From a virus (lineage: Duplodnaviria > Caudoviricetes), in IMG/VR virus record IMGVR_UViG_3300037722_000335, positions 1-34,450 of that record: a stretch of DNA of 34,450 nt, one strand, 5' to 3'. Below are positions 34,169 to 34,450 of this stretch, piece by piece; position 1 is the first letter of the stretch, and every line of letters starts with the position of its first letter. The notes beneath the pieces are model-generated. The model was not told the origin of the DNA, did not search any database, and saw only the letters and a list, made by a program, of their open reading frames with translations. A program made the translations under genes and the position numbers.

Positions 34169-34450
34169 AAACTGTAACAATCAAAAAACCAGACGACCTT
34201 GACGCTGCAATGTGGGCCATCCGTGAACAGTTCGACGCTCACGGGCCTTGCGAAATTGTCATCCACAAAGAAGGCTCAGAAGCCGATAAGAAGCGCACTC
34301 TCACCCAAAACGCCTCGTTACATAAGTATTGCGCCAATATATCCGAAAAAATGAATGATGCGGGTTTTACACAGCGGCAACTTATCGGCTCGTTTAAAGA
34401 AGGCTTCGAGCTGCCAGTTACACCAGTTATGATAAAAGACATATTTCGTG
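34165..34450 (+). CDS. NinB/Orf-like recombination-associated protein (partial)
   Basis: Manual translation MKTVTIKK...EIVI...KRTLTQNASLHKYCANISEKMNDAG..., containing the R[ST]..QN..[LM]H NinB-like motif; runs off the window. Confidence 0.65.
   Translation, partial: MKTVTIKKPDDLDAAMWAIREQFDAHGPCEIVIHKEGSEADKKRTLTQNASLHKYCANISEKMNDAGFTQRQLIGSFKEGFELPVTPVMIKDIFR

Noticed and set aside
34239-34442. Minus-strand 67-aa ORF
   Set aside because: Antisense to the NinB-like gene.

Overview
Window from a tailed dsDNA phage or prophage with a podovirus-like layout. From about 32.66 kb leftward almost everything is on the minus strand. In order of transcription this arm holds a tRNA(CAT), small early/middle genes (VRR-NUC-like nuclease, XRE HTH, Rha, C5 DNA methyltransferase), a separately promoted accessory operon, terminase small and large subunits, portal, scaffold, N4-gp56-type major capsid, two paralogous decoration-like proteins, an HNH-AP2 endonuclease, adaptor/nozzle, tail fibre, ejection-type proteins, a 2743-aa polyvalent protein and a truncated lipoprotein. 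A rightward arm (radical SAM protein, NinB-like protein) starts from a back-to-back sigma70 promoter pair at about 32.7 kb. The most notable non-coding signals are: (1) a solitary type I-C CRISPR-repeat mimic (27306-27338) between a near-consensus promoter and the RBS of four small coupled ORFs, a candidate RNA anti-CRISPR or Cas5d-responsive leader; (2) a 119-nt tRNA-like RNA with no normal anticodon arm closing that same operon; (3) a structured leader RNA with an anti-RBS loop ahead of the HNH gene; (4) a tRNA(CAU) with C33. Family assignments come from motif recognition and synteny only; no searches were run.
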